From NCBI GenBank assembly GCA_000320545.1, contig ADNK01001509.1, positions 74,004 to 138,003 of the forward strand: a stretch of 64,000 bases of DNA, given 5' to 3'. The position numbers were made by a program, and so were the translations under genes. Position 1 is the stretch's first letter; every line of letters begins with the position of its first letter. The stretch comes from Bigelowiella natans CCMP2755 (lineage: Eukaryota > Protista > Cercozoa). Under the pieces are notes generated by a model that was given only the letters and a program-made list of their open reading frames with translations, was not told the origin of the DNA and searched no databases. Shown piece after piece: positions 38,635 through 57,400 of the stretch.

Positions 38635-38714
<80 letters not shown>

Positions 38715-40100
38715 CACTCATACATGTATCAATATGCACATATTGTTGATACATTTCATATAGTTTCTTTATTTAATTGTTGCGTCTCTAGGAAGACATC
38801 ACAAGTATTGGATTTCTTGAGAAATCGTGTTATATCGTACCTAATCGCTCTATGTCGACTCCTTTCAGCGTTGCTGTATGGCAAACATTCAGAATCATGA
38901 GAATTAGCTTGTACTTCAAAGTCTTACAATTTTGCAATGAAATTGTTATCAACCAAGGGACTTTCTACTCTAGTTATGTAATGTCTCTCGAAATACTCCT
39001 CCTCCTCCTCCTCCTCTTCCTACTACTACTACTACTACTACTACTACTGCTGCTGCTGCTACTGCTACTGCTACAACTAGTTGCTGCATTCAACCCGTAG
39101 CCCACTAGATGGAAATTTGCCATGAGAAAGATCGACTTCTGGTCGCCCTGCATTTTTGCAACAACAACCACAACAACAACACATACATGTTATCGCAAAT
39201 AAATGTTGTACGAACTTAAGGGAGCAACACGAAGGAAAGTTTGTACATGTCAATCGAGTAGAAACAACGAAGAGGAAATTCAGGATTTGTGGTTTTTTTT
39301 TTTCACTCGAATCGACGCAAAGTGGCCGGTTGAGATCATCTAATATCATCAACCACAAACCACTTCCTCAAGAAGCAGAAATCAATGACTAAAAGTAATC
39401 TCACACCAAGTCTGCCTTTTGAGCGTACTCGTCCGTCCACCGATACTCCATGGCACGAACCACCTATGGATCAGTAGATAGTAGTAGTAGTAGTAGTAGT
39501 AGTAGTAGCATACTCTGCCTTATCTCTGGGCATGAAGATTCATTCTATTCAAATAGTATCGTCCTATTCGACCACCAGCGTAGAAATATGGGTGATAGAC
39601 CAGAATTCACCAGTTTTCCCTCCCCCTCTCTCTGTACATATTAGGTCTACCTCTGAGAGGCTATGCGAGATTATTTGTGTGTTTTTCTTCTTCTTCCTTC
39701 CTCGGCCCTTTGTGGCCACTATTTGGTCCAGCTCTCCATTTCTCACACCAGTGGATGTAAGGGACGACGACGACGATGATAATGCTGATGACGATGACGA
39801 TGTCGATTCCTTCTTTTCCCGGTTAGCTTTCTGGAGATAATCGTGAAATGGATTAGGTTGTCATCCCACCCTACGTGACTCTCGCTTGCACACGTATGTT
39901 ACCATAGATGCCCTACCTTTTTGGCTGCGGTCATTCGCTTTTTCCCAGAAGCTAGCCCTCGTCGAAATCTTTAATAAGAAAGCGCTGTCAGAACAAGTCC
40001 GAAATCGAAGTATGAACGTGTTAAGAGAAAGGAGCAATGAATGACCCCCTGAGGGCTGCTCGTGACAACGACCTCCAGGCTATCTTCCTGGAATTTTAGG
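36532..40100 (-). CDS. Multi-exon hypothetical protein, possibly mitochondrion-targeted
   Basis: A chain of minus-strand exons with GT/AG ends (e.g. KANREKKES...SHSLSE, IVNMFGLPTKK..., MMKLPPSVMNAAESL..., final ILSDMFHHNK...RDRQRQL*). Possible N-terminus KIAWRSLSRAALRGFRRGLAS. Start not resolved; no family recognised. Confidence 0.5.
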
Positions 40101-40754
40101 GAGCATACAGTAAAATGAGCTTACTCGAGTTTATTAAAAGTTATATCCATTAAATTTCAGAATGTGTAAGATGCTTCTGAAGATTCAGGGGAGGGCACAA
40201 GGGCAACCGGCAGCAGCTCCCTAGGTACATGTTTATTTAAGACATATCTACAAACGTACGAAACAATGAAATAATGGGGGAAATGGAAATCCATTTCAAA
40301 TCTATCCTACGACATACCGGAATGGTCTTGTCTATTATTCCCTACCAGAGAATCTCAAAACCAAAAATATTAGGATGTTTCTAGGGTATTTCCTTTGCGC
40401 TATTTTCCCGTTCGCGCAATAGTTCGCAATCGAAGTTTTCTTCCCTGAAAGTTCCAACGCGATCGATTTCCTGCGCAACTACCAGCACGCTATTGCCTTC
40501 TCGCGCAAACGGAGAATAAAAATCAAGCGGGAAACTTCCATCGGAAGATGCGGTTATTGTGATATTGTTGGCAAGACGATCGATCGACAACGAAGAAGAC
40601 CGAGGAGCGAAAGCAGCACGTCCTGCCCACCGCCTCCCCCGCACTTTCCAAGTGAAGCTCACAGGTGTGTATGCATCCACGATCTGCTGTGTAGCGGCAT
40701 GTGCAAAGCCTTGTTTTCCTGAGTCCCTCCTCTGATGTTCCTTAGGATATTACG

Positions 40755-45890
<5,136 letters not shown>

Positions 45891-46149
45891 GGAGGAGGCG
45901 ACCACGGCTAAGAATTCTACTGTTATTGTAGGGTGTATTGTAGTGGCAGAATATGCTGCCGCGCTCACTCGCATCATGAACGCGACTATATTAATAAATC
46001 ATGTTCGCAGGATGCATGAACTTTCATATAACAATTCATCGAAATTCATTAGTTAGGTCCTGACGATAAACACTGCTGCATGTTTAAATGTCATCATTCA
46101 CTTGTGGTGGTGGTGGTGAAAGGTCTCACGGTGCAATGATGAGGCGAAT

Positions 46150-46385
46150 CCTCGGAGGCACATGCACTTGACTGAAGACTTCTGCTACGCAGCAGGCTAT
46201 ACATGACGCATTGACATGAGCAGTAGTGTCTTTGTAAGTGAGATATCATTTTATTAGACCTTACACCAATTGTTGCAATGCTAGAATGCGTGGCCGCATC
46301 TAGGCTGTACTAGTGTAATGTGTCGTCTAGATCATGCATGCATCATGATCGATGTGATCGAAGAAGTATGCGAGGCCGCACACTG

Positions 46386-46428
<43 letters not shown>

Positions 46429-46700
46429 TTGTCATCCACATGTTTATATGGTCTGTAGCTATGGCATGTGCGCATGCTTGTATTTGACTACTCGTACGGT
46501 GCATAGCTGCAAACTGGCTTGTGTGCAATGTGCGCAGCATGGGTCAGTTAGTGTCGTATAACTCCTTGCATGTGCGTTTCGATGGCACAACATGATGTTC
46601 GTACAATTCGCATAGCAATTGGATTATTTCACGCGCCTCATCTGTTGCCGCTTTTCTGGATAAAGTACAGCTGGTCTAGCTATTGTTTTGCTCGAACAGC
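46150..46700. other. Block G: palindrome-rich zone at a convergent junction, with (CA)n
   Basis: Lies between stops 45890(+) and 46746(-). GATCATG-7nt-CATGATC at 46330-46350; dense CATG/TGCA/CTAG. Confidence 0.65.
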
Positions 46701-46745
46701 TGTTCATATTCATTTCCAGCTATGTAATGATACATCGACAAATCT

Positions 46746-49740
46746 CTAGTCACACTTTAACTCCAATTTTCCAAGAATGTCCCGAATCTGATTCTGCATT
46801 GTAATCGAAAAGAGGAGTCAAGACATTGGAGGTCAGTTACTGATAAACTATAGGTGCCAGGCATGGTGGTTGTCGAGTCTTTACAAAGCATCAGTCAGAA
46901 GGTATAAGACCAATCGGATCCGCGTCGTGACATCGTGTACGAGAATCCTCCGACATACATTATCAAGCCCCTTTTAAAACAACAATCACTAACTTTCATC
47001 TGGGCCGATAGTAGTACACCCTACGAGCAAGTAACCTTACTATCAGCCTCAGCATCAGTCTCTGGAAATCTTATCTCTACTTTAGTCGCACTGTACACTT
47101 CCTTCATATTTCCGCCTGAAGAGTAATGCTTACATGTAAGGCGAAAGGTAATGCAGTGAGGTTAGACAGCATCCTTTCAAGCGCCAGTAGCTTTTTCTCG
47201 AAGCTACATCTGGAAGTAGTTTTGAAAGAAAAATTCGGTTGAGTTATTTCCGCTGAAGAACCTTGGAACGGCAGGAAACCGTGTAGAAGGACGAAAATGC
47301 AGACTCCGAAGCTCCACACATCCTGGTCATTATGCGTGATAAATAAAGACTAGATCATCTCTTCCTCCGCACTGGGAACAAACATGAAAGCCCAAATTGT
47401 GCATCGATACGCTTATAGACAAAATTTCTTCGACAAAATATCTACCGTCATCGCCAGATCATCTCCAGTGCCTGAGAAAAGCGCCTCATTCCGAAGCAAC
47501 TCTAGGTGTTGTTGTTGAGGCATAGAGTATAAGCATTATGATAAGCTATTCGAAGCCTTCTTTGATTGATTTGGGTGAAAATTGCGGTATTCTGTTTGAT
47601 TCATGTGACATGAATCATCAGCGTTTTTCTGCCGCAACATACCTCTTGAGACATATGATTCGTTTTTATGGCATCACCAACAGCTGATAACAACTCAAGC
47701 TGTACGTCAAATATAGGAGATATTATTACCGGGAGCCATAAACGGAAAAGTCCCTGCAATGACTTCTGAGCTTAACTTCTGTTGATGATATGGCACAATG
47801 CAATAGTGTTATGCGTAGATTCGATCATGCATAGCAGGATGATCCAAACAGCTGCACACACAAACACACACACACACACACACACGCATGTGATATTTTG
47901 TCGCTCTCAAAAATGATAATGCAGGGATGGATGTAATTGGGATAGGTCCGACCTCTTCGGGGGTAGCGAAGAGAGCAGAACCGAAATCACTGAGTTTCAC
48001 GATTCCATTTTTGTCGAGAAGAATGTTCTCCGGTTTCAGATCGCAATGAACCACGTCGTGCTTGTGCAAGTGCTCGAGCGCTATGTTAGCGGGATTTTTG
48101 TGGTGAAAAAGATATTTTCTTGGAGAAAGGGAAGTGCAGCGGTTGGGCGCCGAGCAGCACAAAAGATCAAACACACAAAGTGCGCGAAAAGAAACTTAGC
48201 TGATGAACGTACGGAAAGGATATCATCATATATATCATACATATATGAACTCAGTTGTATGGGTGTCTATTGTACCTTCGAGGATCCCTAAAATGGCCGC
48301 CTTGGCTTGTTGGTGCGAAACAAGGCGATAGCGTCCATCTGATCCCATTGATGAAATGCTGCCTCCAGGTGCAAGCTCGGTCAAAATCATACTAATATTA
48401 AGAGGGGGGTGGGAAGGGGGGGGGGGGATAAGGCGCTAAATATTCAGAACTAATCGTTTTTCTAGTTTACTTTTCGCACACGAATAATGTCTTCCGAACA
48501 GCGAATAATTATGATCATAGTAGTCTTTTTGGGTAGAAAATCGTGATTTCGATAAAGAGGACATTTAAACCATTAACTATTGGGGAATGATTGTAATGTC
48601 ACACGTACAAGTGACTGGGCGTCTCGAGTTGAAAGCCGGCCATTCCGAGCACGTGACTATGCTGGCAAACCCTTTGATGAATTCTGTGGAATAATCGAAT
48701 GAAATGCTCTTCAATCCGAAGTGCTTCAATTCGTTTATCTTATTTTTGAGTCGTAGAAGTCACCCACCTTGCCTCCTCCAGTGCCAAATCTAGCTGTGTT
48801 TGGAAACAACCTAATCGAGTCATCGTTACTGTCTACACTTTGCTGGCAGCGGTACTACGTGGAATCTTGAAATTCAAATTTGAATAATATTGAAAATCCC
48901 CTTCTCATTGATATATATGCTTTACGATATTCGCCTCAAGAATTCCAAATGTACAAAGATTGATTAGGGCAACCTTTCCGCATTAACTGCCGCTTGAAGC
49001 ACAGCGCCTTATCGAATACCTTAAGCATGACAGGCAACTCACACTTTTGTCATCATCACACGCTGTCAGATAATAAGAAGAATGAACTGACAGACAGCTC
49101 TAATCTAGCCACCCGGACTTGACCTTCGCTGCAAATTTTCCCTCCTTCGGTGCTCCCCACAGGCATCGAATCTTTGTTAATGTGGACATTGTTTGAGGCA
49201 AGGCAGCTTGATATTTTCCAGATTAAATAGGAAGTGTTCCATGGATCAGCGTGTTTCAACTTGTTATGCATCATACTTGCGAGAGTTTGCCGGTCCCTCC
49301 TATCCTCTCCCCCACATGTAGACACGTGGGGGGGGGCCACCCGTTCGGCCGCAAGGCTGATTATTTCGAAACATTGGTATGATGCTTGACTCACTTTAGC
49401 TATAGTGTAAATCTGTGAGCAGTTATTCATAGGATATAGGAAAGACACCTTTGAAGCGATCCGAAGTTGCTACGACGTGAAGACGTGAACCGCCGCTTAA
49501 ACGATATTTAGCATCCTCGCTGCTGGCATCAGATGAAGACTTCTCGATGACAGCTGCTAGAATGCGCAAGCAAGCCCCGGATTTCACATCGCCCTGTACT
49601 GTTCCAAGCTGCCTTTCGTTGTTGACGAGAATGTAGCTTGGACTAAAGAAACAAAATAACTCAGTCGGGGGGAGGGCGACAAACGAGCAGTAAGATGGGC
49701 CAACAACAACCTTGCAACAGCATCGTCTAAGGAGCGGCAT
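46746..49740 (-). CDS. Ser/Thr protein kinase, multi-exon
   Basis: Spliced: KFAAK|VFDK...LALEEARIHQ...[10 protein letters not shown]...[21 protein letters not shown]...KLSDFGSA...AGTFPFMAP...[19 protein letters not shown]...[10 protein letters not shown]. Start is tentative. Confidence 0.8.
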
Positions 49741-50167
49741 GATGTGCAAATGGACCCCATTATTCTCTAGCTTACATCCATCGGTATGAATAAACGAAGG
49801 CTGGCAAGAGGAGATGGTGACATTGATACATTTTCCCTAAATCGCCCCCCCCCCGCTCCCCTTCGGAACAAAGACACAAAGTCCTCTGCGACAACAAGTT
49901 TTTCTATATAAAGATGAAAACGCCATGGTTTTCCACAACTGAGCCTATTCAAAAAGCACATTATCCTCGGAGATAACGGTACTCTCGCATTTGGTATGAA
50001 TATGTGACCTGCGACAGGATCATCATGCTCGAAATCGGGGTTTTTTTGGGTCTAATTGTGAAGAGGGTGCAGGGCAAATTCTGAAATGCTTGTCTTAAAA
50101 ACATCATCATTTCATTTGTGATCATCATCGGTCAACCAGATTCCAACACGCACGCTTTCAACGAGCC

Positions 50168-50916
50168 ATGATGAACGAAGTCTCCTCATTTGATGAGGAT
50201 CTTGCCCTTTATCTTGGTAACCTCAAAACTGACCTCCAGAATCTTGAAGATCTGCTCAGAGAGAAACAAGTTCAGGATTTGGTGAAGCAATTAGAACGTG
50301 AGCGGGGTGCTCATAAAAATACGAAAGACGAGCTCTCTCAGCTTCAGATGAGGCACCAAAGTCTCCTGAAAGATCATCAAGTTTTAGAAGATGCAAAGAA
50401 AGATCTTGAGAGGGAATTGAAGCGTTTGAAGGGCAAGAGAAAGACGTCAATCAATACTTCTGTATGTGCGTATATTTTAATTGTCCGTCATGTTTCTTCG
50501 TGTGCCACGAACATGCAAAATTAGCTACCATTTAAGACCTCTGATTAATATCATTAATATACAGGAAGCAAAATCAACCAAACGTAGGAAGAAGGGAAAG
50601 AATCCACCAGCCGCCAAAGAGAAATATAATCCACCAGTCGAAGAGACTTTTGCGTTCAGGGAAGATGAGCAAAAGGGTGACCAATATTACGAGACCGAGA
50701 AAGACAACGAGGTGAAGAACACAATATTGTCGTTTACTACCCATTTAAGCCATTAACAGCATTGAAATCCGTGCTATGTGATCTCATTATGTCATGGTGC
50801 ATTCTATTTAGACTTTGAAGTCCATTGCAAAAAAACTGGGACTAAATGCGGAGGAATTGTTTGAGCTAAACAAGGAAAAGTACAAGGTGGTCACACACGT
50901 AGACAGACAGACAGAC

Positions 50917-50966
<50 letters not shown>

Positions 50967-51461
50967 TATGTGTGTGTGTAAAGAGAAAGGATGTTGAAAG
51001 GGGAAGCTTCATATAAGTATATGCATCGAGATGTTGGATGTGTCATCGGCGCATATTTCCAAACGAATGTTACAAAGCTTTATTCAAGAATCAGAATATG
51101 AAGTATTCGTATCAGTAATTGAGAAGCCTCAGATAGTGTTTATACTTTCAGGGACTAAAGTTAAATGCAAAATTGCAAAAAAAAACTACGATAATTACAA
51201 GGTGAAATTTTTGGATTAGAGTGAAGCAGACTTTGTTGTGCTGGGAAAAAAAAATAATACAATTCGCTACAAATCATGCTTGCCCAAGCATACAATCAGT
51301 TGAAACAGCTAAATATTTCAAACAATAGGTTACTACAGTTAAGACTTGTGGATGGTACTGCGGCTTGGTGGAACGTCTATTCAGGAGTCGCATACAAACA
51401 TGACGATGAGCTCCAGTATCCGTTACCGCCACTTAAGGAATATCTTCGATTCATGCAGTAG
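50168..51461 (+). CDS. Coiled-coil + basic patch + LysM-like domain protein
   Basis: Five exons. Heptad-rich N-terminus, KRKT and KRRKKGK patches, then YYETEKDNE|TLKSIAKKLGLNAEELFELNKEKYK|GLKLNAKLQKKTTI (LysM pattern), ending PLKEYLRFMQ*. Confidence 0.65.
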
Positions 51462-51719
51462 TTAAAAGGGCACAACGTATTTGTATTCAGAATATCAATT
51501 GATCGTGATTCCAAACCTGAGGAAGCTATGACTGTACGATGTTGATTTTTTGCTACTTATAGTAAGTACGGCACGGGAGGAATAAGTGAGCAGCCAGTTC
51601 AGCTATTCATATAAGATGTATAGGTGTAGGACACATGTGGCCTTTATGTAAACATTTTTTTTCTATAATTTAAGCTTTGGTCGGCCAATAAAATAAATAT
51701 ACAACGCTCACCCATTTTG

Positions 51720-52480
51720 CATGTGTCCTGTTTACGTTGCGTTTACAATGTATCTTGTCCTGCACAGGACACATATGATGCAGAACATGACCTATAATAT
51801 CATTTGCAGGAGGTGCCGTACGTATGATTTAGACATAATACACACCTAGACATGCATGTATTCTATACATATAGCAACCCGCCGCCAGCATCATCATGCT
51901 CATGCTATGCTGCTATGTGTAAGAGCAATGATGCTTCATGACTAAGTGGGCTGCCTACTACTCAGCGCTGTAGCCACAGGCATGTCGCAATATCGCATCA
52001 TTCGACATATAGCGTATCGTAGCAGCATGCATGTATATGGCTGAATTATTGTGCATCATCATATCGCACTCTCATACAAGCTAGCATACATAGTAATCTC
52101 TAACTCAAGTTGTGCAGCGACCACGGCGTATACAACTAAGCTACATGCCACATGCTAATGCTATGGTCTACTTATCATAAATTTAAATATGGTAAAGAGA
52201 TGAAAGGCATATACGTCATGCTGTGCCCGGCGTTGCAATACGAGTTTGCATTCTGTACGTACGACCCGATTTGAGCAAGCACGTAGCCATTCTGTCATAC
52301 CGTTGCTATTGTTCATATAAATTCACCGTCACTAGTCAATATAGACACAATGTTAACTCATCGCCAGGCATGCAATTGGCTGCATACGTATATCAAATTT
52401 ATTGTGTACATGTAAACCGCGCGGCACAACGCTATGTGACAGACCCACATATTAGTGAAATGTCAGCACTGACGGCACGA
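51720..52480. other. Block H: palindrome-rich zone at a convergent junction
   Basis: Lies between stops 51461(+) and 52500(-). Dense CATG/TGCA/GTAC/ACGT; ACATGCATGT at 51850-51859. Confidence 0.6.
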
Positions 52481-52499
52481 TGTTCTAGCTCTATTTTGG

Positions 52500-53059
52500 C
52501 TAACTGAATACGCCGCTATCAGTAATCTGCACTCGAGCAAAAGGCCTGATAACATTTCCAATATAGGGGTTTGAGGATGAGAGTTGAGCGGAGAGTAAGT
52601 TAGCACTACAATCAAAATACAAACGAACTCCTCAGAAGGAGTCAACACCTTCCAAATCTTGTCGCCATAAAAACGGCCCTGGAATCTCCAATACTCTTTC
52701 CGATCTGAAGTGACAAGGATATTCTAGATTATGGAGTACTGTGCCGCTCAAAATGAAATTGCATAATACCTTGAAAAAGGGATCGTCCTTTCCTTTAGGT
52801 TTGCTCGTGGGAAGGTTAGATATCTTCGATATAACATCCATCCCCTCTAATACCTGACACAAGTCAATATTCCCTTCAATGTCATGTGTATGCATGTGTG
52901 AGCCTGTGATTCATAGTACATATAATTTACATCCATACATAAATATTTATCCATTAGCCGGCCTTACCTCTCCAACCACAAGATTTGTTTTGTCCAAGTA
53001 CGGTACTGGTTGAGTTGTCATGATCTACAGGCCAAAATAAACAAACAAACGAACGAACG

Positions 53060-53096
<37 letters not shown>

Positions 53097-54659
53097 TCAA
53101 ACGAAGACAAAAATATTTTAACCACCAATAGCTTTCATTTATACTTCTATGAAATCGCCCATGGTCGGCGTTGATTTGGCAGCCAAAAGCGCAAACTCAG
53201 CACATGATGAGATCCATAGATCTTCTGACAGGATGATGGTTGAAAACGGTTGTGACAGCGGCATATTTCGCGACATAATACGTACGAATTCGCTTCCATT
53301 TGGCTCCACGTATCCTTTAGGCATCTCTTCAACGGTTACCTGAGAAAGAGAGAAAAGAAAAATTATGCTTTGTAGATTGTTCAGAAGAAAGACGATTTGG
53401 ATTTGGAAGGTATCATTGAATGAACTACCAGACGGCCAGATGCAGCGACAAGCTTCTTCTCGGGTGCGGGAGGAGGCTCGGGGGAGCGTATCACAAGAGA
53501 AACGATGCCTTTAAACCAACCCCAAATATGAAATACAACCCCATGATGATAATCCATAATAATATAGTCGAACACTTTTTTTGGTCTACAGCTCTTTCTT
53601 CCTTTGCACTCTCATTTTGGAATTTCCATTTTGGCAATTTGATTTACACGTAAGAACGTCTATCACCAGGTTTATCGTGTGATCGCTTCTGAGATTCGAC
53701 TTCTTTCGTGAGCTCTCGTGGACCTTTGCCGCCTGCAAGCTGTTGGTTGTCATGGGTAGCCAAATTATCCATCAGCGCAATGATGCAGACATTGTTTATG
53801 AGAAACTAACTGATGCCATGTATTCACTACCGCAATTTCCTTCGATCCGTAGCCCGTGATAGATCCAACTCCGCCATTCTTTATGAAGCTCTTATCCGGA
53901 GAGACAAAGGTAAACAACGAACGTCTGTAATCTAGACCAGCTCCTGCCCCCTCAGCTAGCTGCATGAATCTCTCCTGGCCTGCATCGGACAAATTAGTAC
54001 ATTTTCAATCAGGCCATAGAGAGGCCTCTGACCAAAATACAGGCGGTTGATCGGAATTAGGATCAATTTGTGTAACTGTTAGGAAAGTTAGGAAGGCTTT
54101 ACGTAGCAACCTTGGGAACCGTCATTGTAGACACCGATAACGATGCGACCGATTTCTTGCTCGTTGACAGAGACGTCAAAGTACACTTTTTTTGAAAATG
54201 GAGCAGAAGGAGCGCTGTCTATGACCTGTTCTTCGTCTGACGATATCCCGTACGAAAAATAATTCCTTCGTTTAGTGACGACTTCCCAAAAAAAAAAAGG
54301 TGCGGAATTCGAGTAGCTCACGGACCAGCAAGAACTCGTTCTGGAGCTGCCACCGCCGAGGACAACAGCCCTGATATTACTAGACCCTTCGCTGTTTCCC
54401 TTAGCGTATCCCTCCTGCTTTTCACTCTACCGGACGGTTCCTGCTCACCTATCGAGGCGTCGACTTGTGAATCGCATCTACCTCTGTTTGCAACCGAGGT
54501 TCTTAACCCTAGCTTTACGGACAGGCGGTTCCTCCTCGCCATCATGCTCGACCCGTAACGATGTGGGATACTGCGAGGCTTCGTGGGTGAAGCCACAGTG
54601 CAGAAAACTGCGCATAGTCCCAGCAATAAAGTCCTAAAGTTAGGAAGCTTCTTGATCAT
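52500..54659 (-). CDS. CYP26-2: Thylakoid-lumen cyclophilin, CYP26-2-like
   Basis: Signal peptide (TLLLGLCAVFCTVAS), Arg/Ser-rich transit peptide and twin-Arg SRRDTL...AVAAPERVLA. Domain motifs SKKVYFDVSVNEQEIGRIVIGVY, HDKPGIVSL, PNGSEFIMTT...LDKTNLVVGEVLEGMDVI, RPFARVQITDSGVFS*. Subfamily call is from memory of the family. Confidence 0.8.
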
Positions 54660-55135
54660 TCAAGCAGGAAGGAGGAACGAGTGACATGAGCTTCACCTGC
54701 AGCGAGAGGGAGCCATGCTAGCAGTGGAAAATTTGAACACGAGTGAATATCTGATAAATATGATTAGGGATTGTCTACGAAACATATTTTTCAATCTGTG
54801 TTTCGCAATACGACCTGGAGAGGACGAATGATAATTCTAAGATGTTTTTAGGGAAAAAAAATGTAGACTTTTTGCGCACGAAAAGAGGAGGTGGCTCGTG
54901 GTTCCTAAAGAGCAATCGACGTGGTCGACGTTGGTATTGTTGTAATTATTGTAATATGTAATGGCTGCCTTCATCATCAATATATCTGAGAAATAATTAC
55001 ACAAAATAAATATAACAGATTTATTTCCTGCGACATATTTTTTCAATTGTCGCAAAGGAATAATTCTGCGTAGACTGAATCCTAAACTCAGATTCCGTGT
55101 CTTTCGCTGCCATCGATCACCCCCCCACCTCTACC

Positions 55136-56173
55136 ATGGGTTCCTCGTACTCAAAGGCTCGCACATGGGCTCGGGAACAACCCACGTACGTGATGATCTC
55201 GGTGGGATCGTTAGGCACAATAGCTTCGGTAATGGTTGTTTACTCCCTTGCCTCATGGGCACGCCCAGCAGCCGCGCCAATGAAACAAATAGAGCCACCG
55301 AAGAAGCAAAGTCCGGAGATGGGTGTAGATAACAAGGAAGAAGGGCCCCAATCACAACAGGGATTGAAGGTAAAGGATACTAGCCAGGGCGATGAAGAAG
55401 AACCACTCGATGACCCCGATGTTCCAGATTTCGAGCATGCCGCAGTAATCGCAAAAACACTTAAAAACCTGAGTTCCGAGAAGAAGCTGGAAATGTATGC
55501 ACTCTACAAACAAGTGACCAAAGGATCTTGTGACAAGCCGAGACCGGCGTTGTTTGAGGTTGTTGAGATGGCGAAATGGAAAGCTTGGCAGGAGCTGGGT
55601 GCTATGTCCCAAGAAGATGCTAAAAAAAAATACGTACGACTCGTGGCGAGACTTTCTACCGAGCAATGTATCGCCGATGATGACGACGATGAGAAAACAT
55701 CATTTCCAGGTGGTAATATAGATATGAGCCACGGGAGAACTCAAAGTCAAATGCAATACGATGAGGAGGAAAATGTGAAGGAGAAGGACAAAAACATCTT
55801 GCACTATGCCTGCGAAAATAAAGTTGCGGAAGTAAAGCGGCTCTTGGAGAGTAAGGTTAGCGTCGACTTTACCGCAGACAAAGCGGACTCAGAACACCAG
55901 GTTCTGAAACAAACAGCCTTGCATCTTGCAAGTGATCATGGATTTGAGGGTTTAGCGAAGCTACTGCTCGAGAAGAAAGCAAGTGTGAACTTGCAGGATG
56001 ATGACGGATACACACCGTTGCATTACGCAGTAGTTTGTGAGCGCCTATCGCTCATACAGTTGCTCCTTGAACATGGAGCTGATCCAAATATCGAGAATCA
56101 CGATGGAAAGACTCCAATTGATTTTGCAGACGATGCTGATAAGGAAGAAATACATGATGCTTTCGAGTTATGA
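55136..56173 (+). CDS. Acyl-CoA-binding protein with N-terminal TM and ankyrin repeats (plant class II ACBP/ACBD6-like)
   Basis: Intronless. ACB motif KKLEMYALYKQVTKGSC...AKWKAWQELGAMSQEDAKKKYV. Ankyrins QTALHLASDHG and GYTPLHYAVVCE. First ATG at 55136. Confidence 0.9.
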   Translation: MGSSYSKARTWAREQPTYVMISVGSLGTIASVMVVYSLASWARPAAAPMKQIEPPKKQSPEMGVDNKEEGPQSQQGLKVKDTSQGDEEEPLDDPDVPDFEHAAVIAKTLKNLSSEKKLEMYALYKQVTKGSCDKPRPALFEVVEMAKWKAWQELGAMSQEDAKKKYVRLVARLSTEQCIADDDDDEKTSFPGGNIDMSHGRTQSQMQYDEEENVKEKDKNILHYACENKVAEVKRLLESKVSVDFTADKADSEHQVLKQTALHLASDHGFEGLAKLLLEKKASVNLQDDDGYTPLHYAVVCERLSLIQLLLEHGADPNIENHDGKTPIDFADDADKEEIHDAFEL

Positions 56174-56393
56174 GAGTATTTTGGGGGGGGAAATTGTATA
56201 AAACATACATAGCTGTAAAATCAACTCAACTTTGTCCCCCTAAAATCCCTATATAAATATTTGTGTGAAGCCTATGTGGCGGATACGAGTTCAAATTTTC
56301 AGAAAAATCAGCTTTGAAATAAGCAGCCACTATTAAGGCTTAAGCAGTTCTGATTGACTGTAAGATTTTGTACCTTCTGTTATGTATACGCTG

Positions 56394-56440
<47 letters not shown>

Positions 56441-56459
56441 AGTAATAATAGACACAATA

Positions 56460-57400
56460 GTATATGCTAGATGTGCAATGTGTAGTGTCTCTTTTTTGCA
56501 AGTTCTTCTGCATAGATCGCGTCGCATCGCATCGCATGTCGAACAGGTTCGACGATCGATGCTCCAACTATTGTGAACTTGTGCACTAGTGTAATGTCGC
56601 AAGCCGCTGCTTGTTATTTCCTGCTCAGATTGGATGCGAGCGCTTGTCGCTGGGTAGCTCTAGAGCTAATAAGTGACTACGTTTTTGCGCTGAATGCTAT
56701 AGAACTGCTCTACTAGTCTGCTGGTCTACGATACTGGTCTCGTCGAAGAAGGAGCCATACTACTAGACTAGCATAGCTAGTAATGTACGCAAAATTGATG
56801 AAATGAACATTGCGCGTAACCAATAAAGTCAATGCACGCCTCTACGTATACGCAAGCTAGAAGTGTGACCATGTCTATCATCTATTTATTGATCGAGGTA
56901 ATCGTTGTGCAGTTAATGTTAGCTAGTACGTTTGTTGCGACAATTAATTATATCTATCAGAACAGAAATGCATGCTAAAATGATCATAGTCGCCTGTGTG
57001 CTCTAGCGCTGTCTAGCATAGCTGATAGCTACCTAGCTGTGTTGTGCGATGAGACTGACTGTATACTGTACCAGTAGTGCGCGTCAGCGCGCGATGCTTG
57101 AATTCTAGAAGTCAGCTCTATAGAGCTGCTGTTGGTCTAACACTGTGGGCACGTACGACTTATGTATTGCATGCATTCTATGTAAGTACGTACAAAGCGA
57201 GCGCTAGCTCTAGAGCTGATATATAGCAATGAATTGCATGCGATTATATAAACAGACTGTGTCTACTATTGCGTCATTGGTGGAGGCATCACAAGAGCTA
57301 GGGGGCGCAGCCATCTCTGATCCACACAAACCAAGTAGCATGAGAAAGACATGAAGGTGCCATGCACGCTAGCACGTATTCCAAATATACTATTTTTTAA
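56460..57400. other. Block I: palindrome-rich zone at a convergent junction, flanked by (TC)n and (CA)n(TA)n
   Basis: TAGCTCTAGAGCTA (56655-56668), CAGCTCTATAGAGCTG (57113-57128) and AGCTCTAGAGCT (57206-57217). Confidence 0.8.

Noticed and set aside
40527-40534. E2F-like GCGGGAAA in the divergent promoter upstream of GluRS
   Set aside because: A single 8-mer not seen in the other divergent spacers; compatible with chance.
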